DNA of 64,000 bases from Ophelia neglecta (taxonomy: Eukaryota), in contig OZ260666.1 in assembly GCA_965285935.1 (NCBI GenBank), forward strand, positions 43,028,001-43,092,000. Reading direction: 5' to 3'. The notes beneath the pieces were generated by a model. It did not search any database. It had not been told where the DNA came from and saw nothing but the letters and a program-made list of their open reading frames with translations. Position numbers and translations under genes: made by a program. Below are positions 62,901 to 64,000 of this stretch, one piece after another (position 1 is the stretch's first letter; each line of letters begins with the position of its first letter).

Positions 62901-64000
62901 GAGTTTTCTCCATCACCGATCTACCTTAATGAGAGAGTATATACTGATTCTGTTGGCCGCAGCTGGTCTCGATACCAGCAAGATATTCCTGCAAGTGTCA
63001 TTTCTAGTGAAACTACAGGCCAACCAACTGCAGGGGAGTTTATAGAAGAGACTCATTTACAGTCCATGCCCACCTATGTCAAAGATAGAGATTTTTTGAA
63101 CTCTCAAAACAGGTTTCATGCTGGTTGCTGTCCCGGGGTCGACCTGTGTTGCCACAAAGTGGGAAGTGACCATGGACAGCATGTATGTGTTCAAAAGGAA
63201 TCCCACCAAGGATTGACTGCCAGTTTGGGGTCTGGATATTCATTGCCATCACTCCACTCAGTAGCTGGGCCTTCAGATTTTGCCCGAGGGCATGGTTTTC
63301 TTGAGACCCACATTCACAATGTTATACAAGAGATACCCCAAAATAAAACCATTGTGACTGACAAAGTACTGAGTAAAGAAATAAAATCTGACTACACTGA
63401 AAAACCAACTTTAAAAGTCAGAAGTGTTTCTCCGCCCCCAGAGCCAAAGAAATATGTTGCAGCTGTGCAGCTTTCTCCTGAAATACCTAAGGAGGAACCT
63501 AAGATAGAGAGACAGGAGCTCTATGTTCCTACGTCAGATGCCTCCCTTCCAGAAAAGTACTTTACTGTCAAAGTCAGTCCAACTAATTTGCCAAATACTC
63601 TAAGCCTTAAAACTAAAGTATCTGATAATCAAGACTTAGATGCTCTAAATTCTGGTTTCAAAAGAACCTCAAAATCAGAATTTACAAAAACAGAAATCTT
63701 AAATCTTCCACATAAGAAGGAAGTTCATGAACAAATCACACCAGTTAAGAGACCAACTGCTGAGTATTTTGTGAAAAAGCAGAAGCAAAAGGAATTGTAT
63801 GAATCCCCGAAGAAAGAAGAGAAGGACACAAACATCTCTAACATCTGTGACTATGTTATTGATGTCTGTGATGGCGTCATCAGCATGTGCAATGATATTG
63901 AAGAGCGCCAAACTCCAAAGAAGATTCAAGATAACTACAAGGGCATACCAAGAAAGAGCTGGGAAGACACTGATAAGAGGGAATATACAGAGAAAATTAA
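59922..64000 (+). CDS. Giant coding exon (at least 1359 codons, open to window end): low-complexity, Gln-rich predicted coiled coil, likely a tensin isoform N-terminal extension
   Basis: Hand translation with codons starting at positions divisible by 3 shows no stop from 59922 to 64000 (HGLMEAQFPRAQQSNQYVWDERSHGYKRLQYDW...KSWEDTDKREYTEKI); preceded by CTCTTTTCCATGTTGTAG| where the TAG is the in-frame stop; in-frame ATG at 59931. Absent from the ORF track because it has no terminator in the window. Confidence 0.9.
61389..61835 (+). repeat. Coding 54-57-bp repeat (about 19 aa, QIKLQQENQKQLxLQQQxA), about 8 copies
   Basis: Unit starts at 61389, 61446, 61503, 61560, 61614, 61671, 61728, 61782. 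Confidence 0.9.

Larger units (their letters stand above)
14464..64000 (+). other. TNS: Partial tensin-like gene (5' part: alternative first exons, C1-domain exons, giant exon); continues beyond window
   Basis: C1 exons resemble the tensin-1 N-terminus; the other coding exons are on the same strand with phase-compatible GT-AG boundaries; no other gene recognised. Membership of the non-C1 exons is inferred. Confidence 0.65.

Noticed and set aside
60227-63929. Antisense and alternate-frame ORFs (including the hydrophobic 160-aa ORF at 61240-61722)
   Set aside because: Shadows of the CAA/CAG-rich giant exon.

Overview
Eukaryotic (metazoan, probably invertebrate) genomic DNA, AT-rich and CpG-depleted. 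It appears to be the 5' part of one large, intron-rich + strand gene recognisable as a tensin-like (TNS) locus. Two small exons (40926-41037, 41300-41337) splice to give a C1 zinc finger, PQDLESQTHTFKAKVFKRPRNCSLCKQLVWNQGSACRVCKYVCHKRCEPR, matching the N-terminal C1 domain of vertebrate tensin-1 as I recall it. Around them lie several apparent alternative first exons that all end in phase-0 donors: 14464-16122 (553 codons), 27275-27340 (22 codons), 46039-46164 (42 codons) and possibly 59582-59614. There is also a giant >4 kb coding exon (59922 to beyond the window end, at least 1359 codons, Q-rich with a 19-aa repeat) that the supplied ORF track missed because it has no stop in the window. Each alternative N-terminus carries a different set of short linear motifs: Grb2-type YDN x3, dileucine and di-Cys; PP2A-B56 LxxIxE; SH3 PxxPxR; 14-3-3, RVxF-like and NPxY. 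The introns contain two long minisatellites (34-bp unit, about 100 copies, 34.35-37.82 kb; 32-bp unit, 37 copies, 53.5-54.8 kb), short tandem duplications and many long G/C homopolymers. I found no prokaryotic systems, CRISPR arrays, RNA genes or intact transposons. The PTP/C2/SH2/PTB body of tensin is not in the window, so exon connectivity is inferred from splice signals and phases only.
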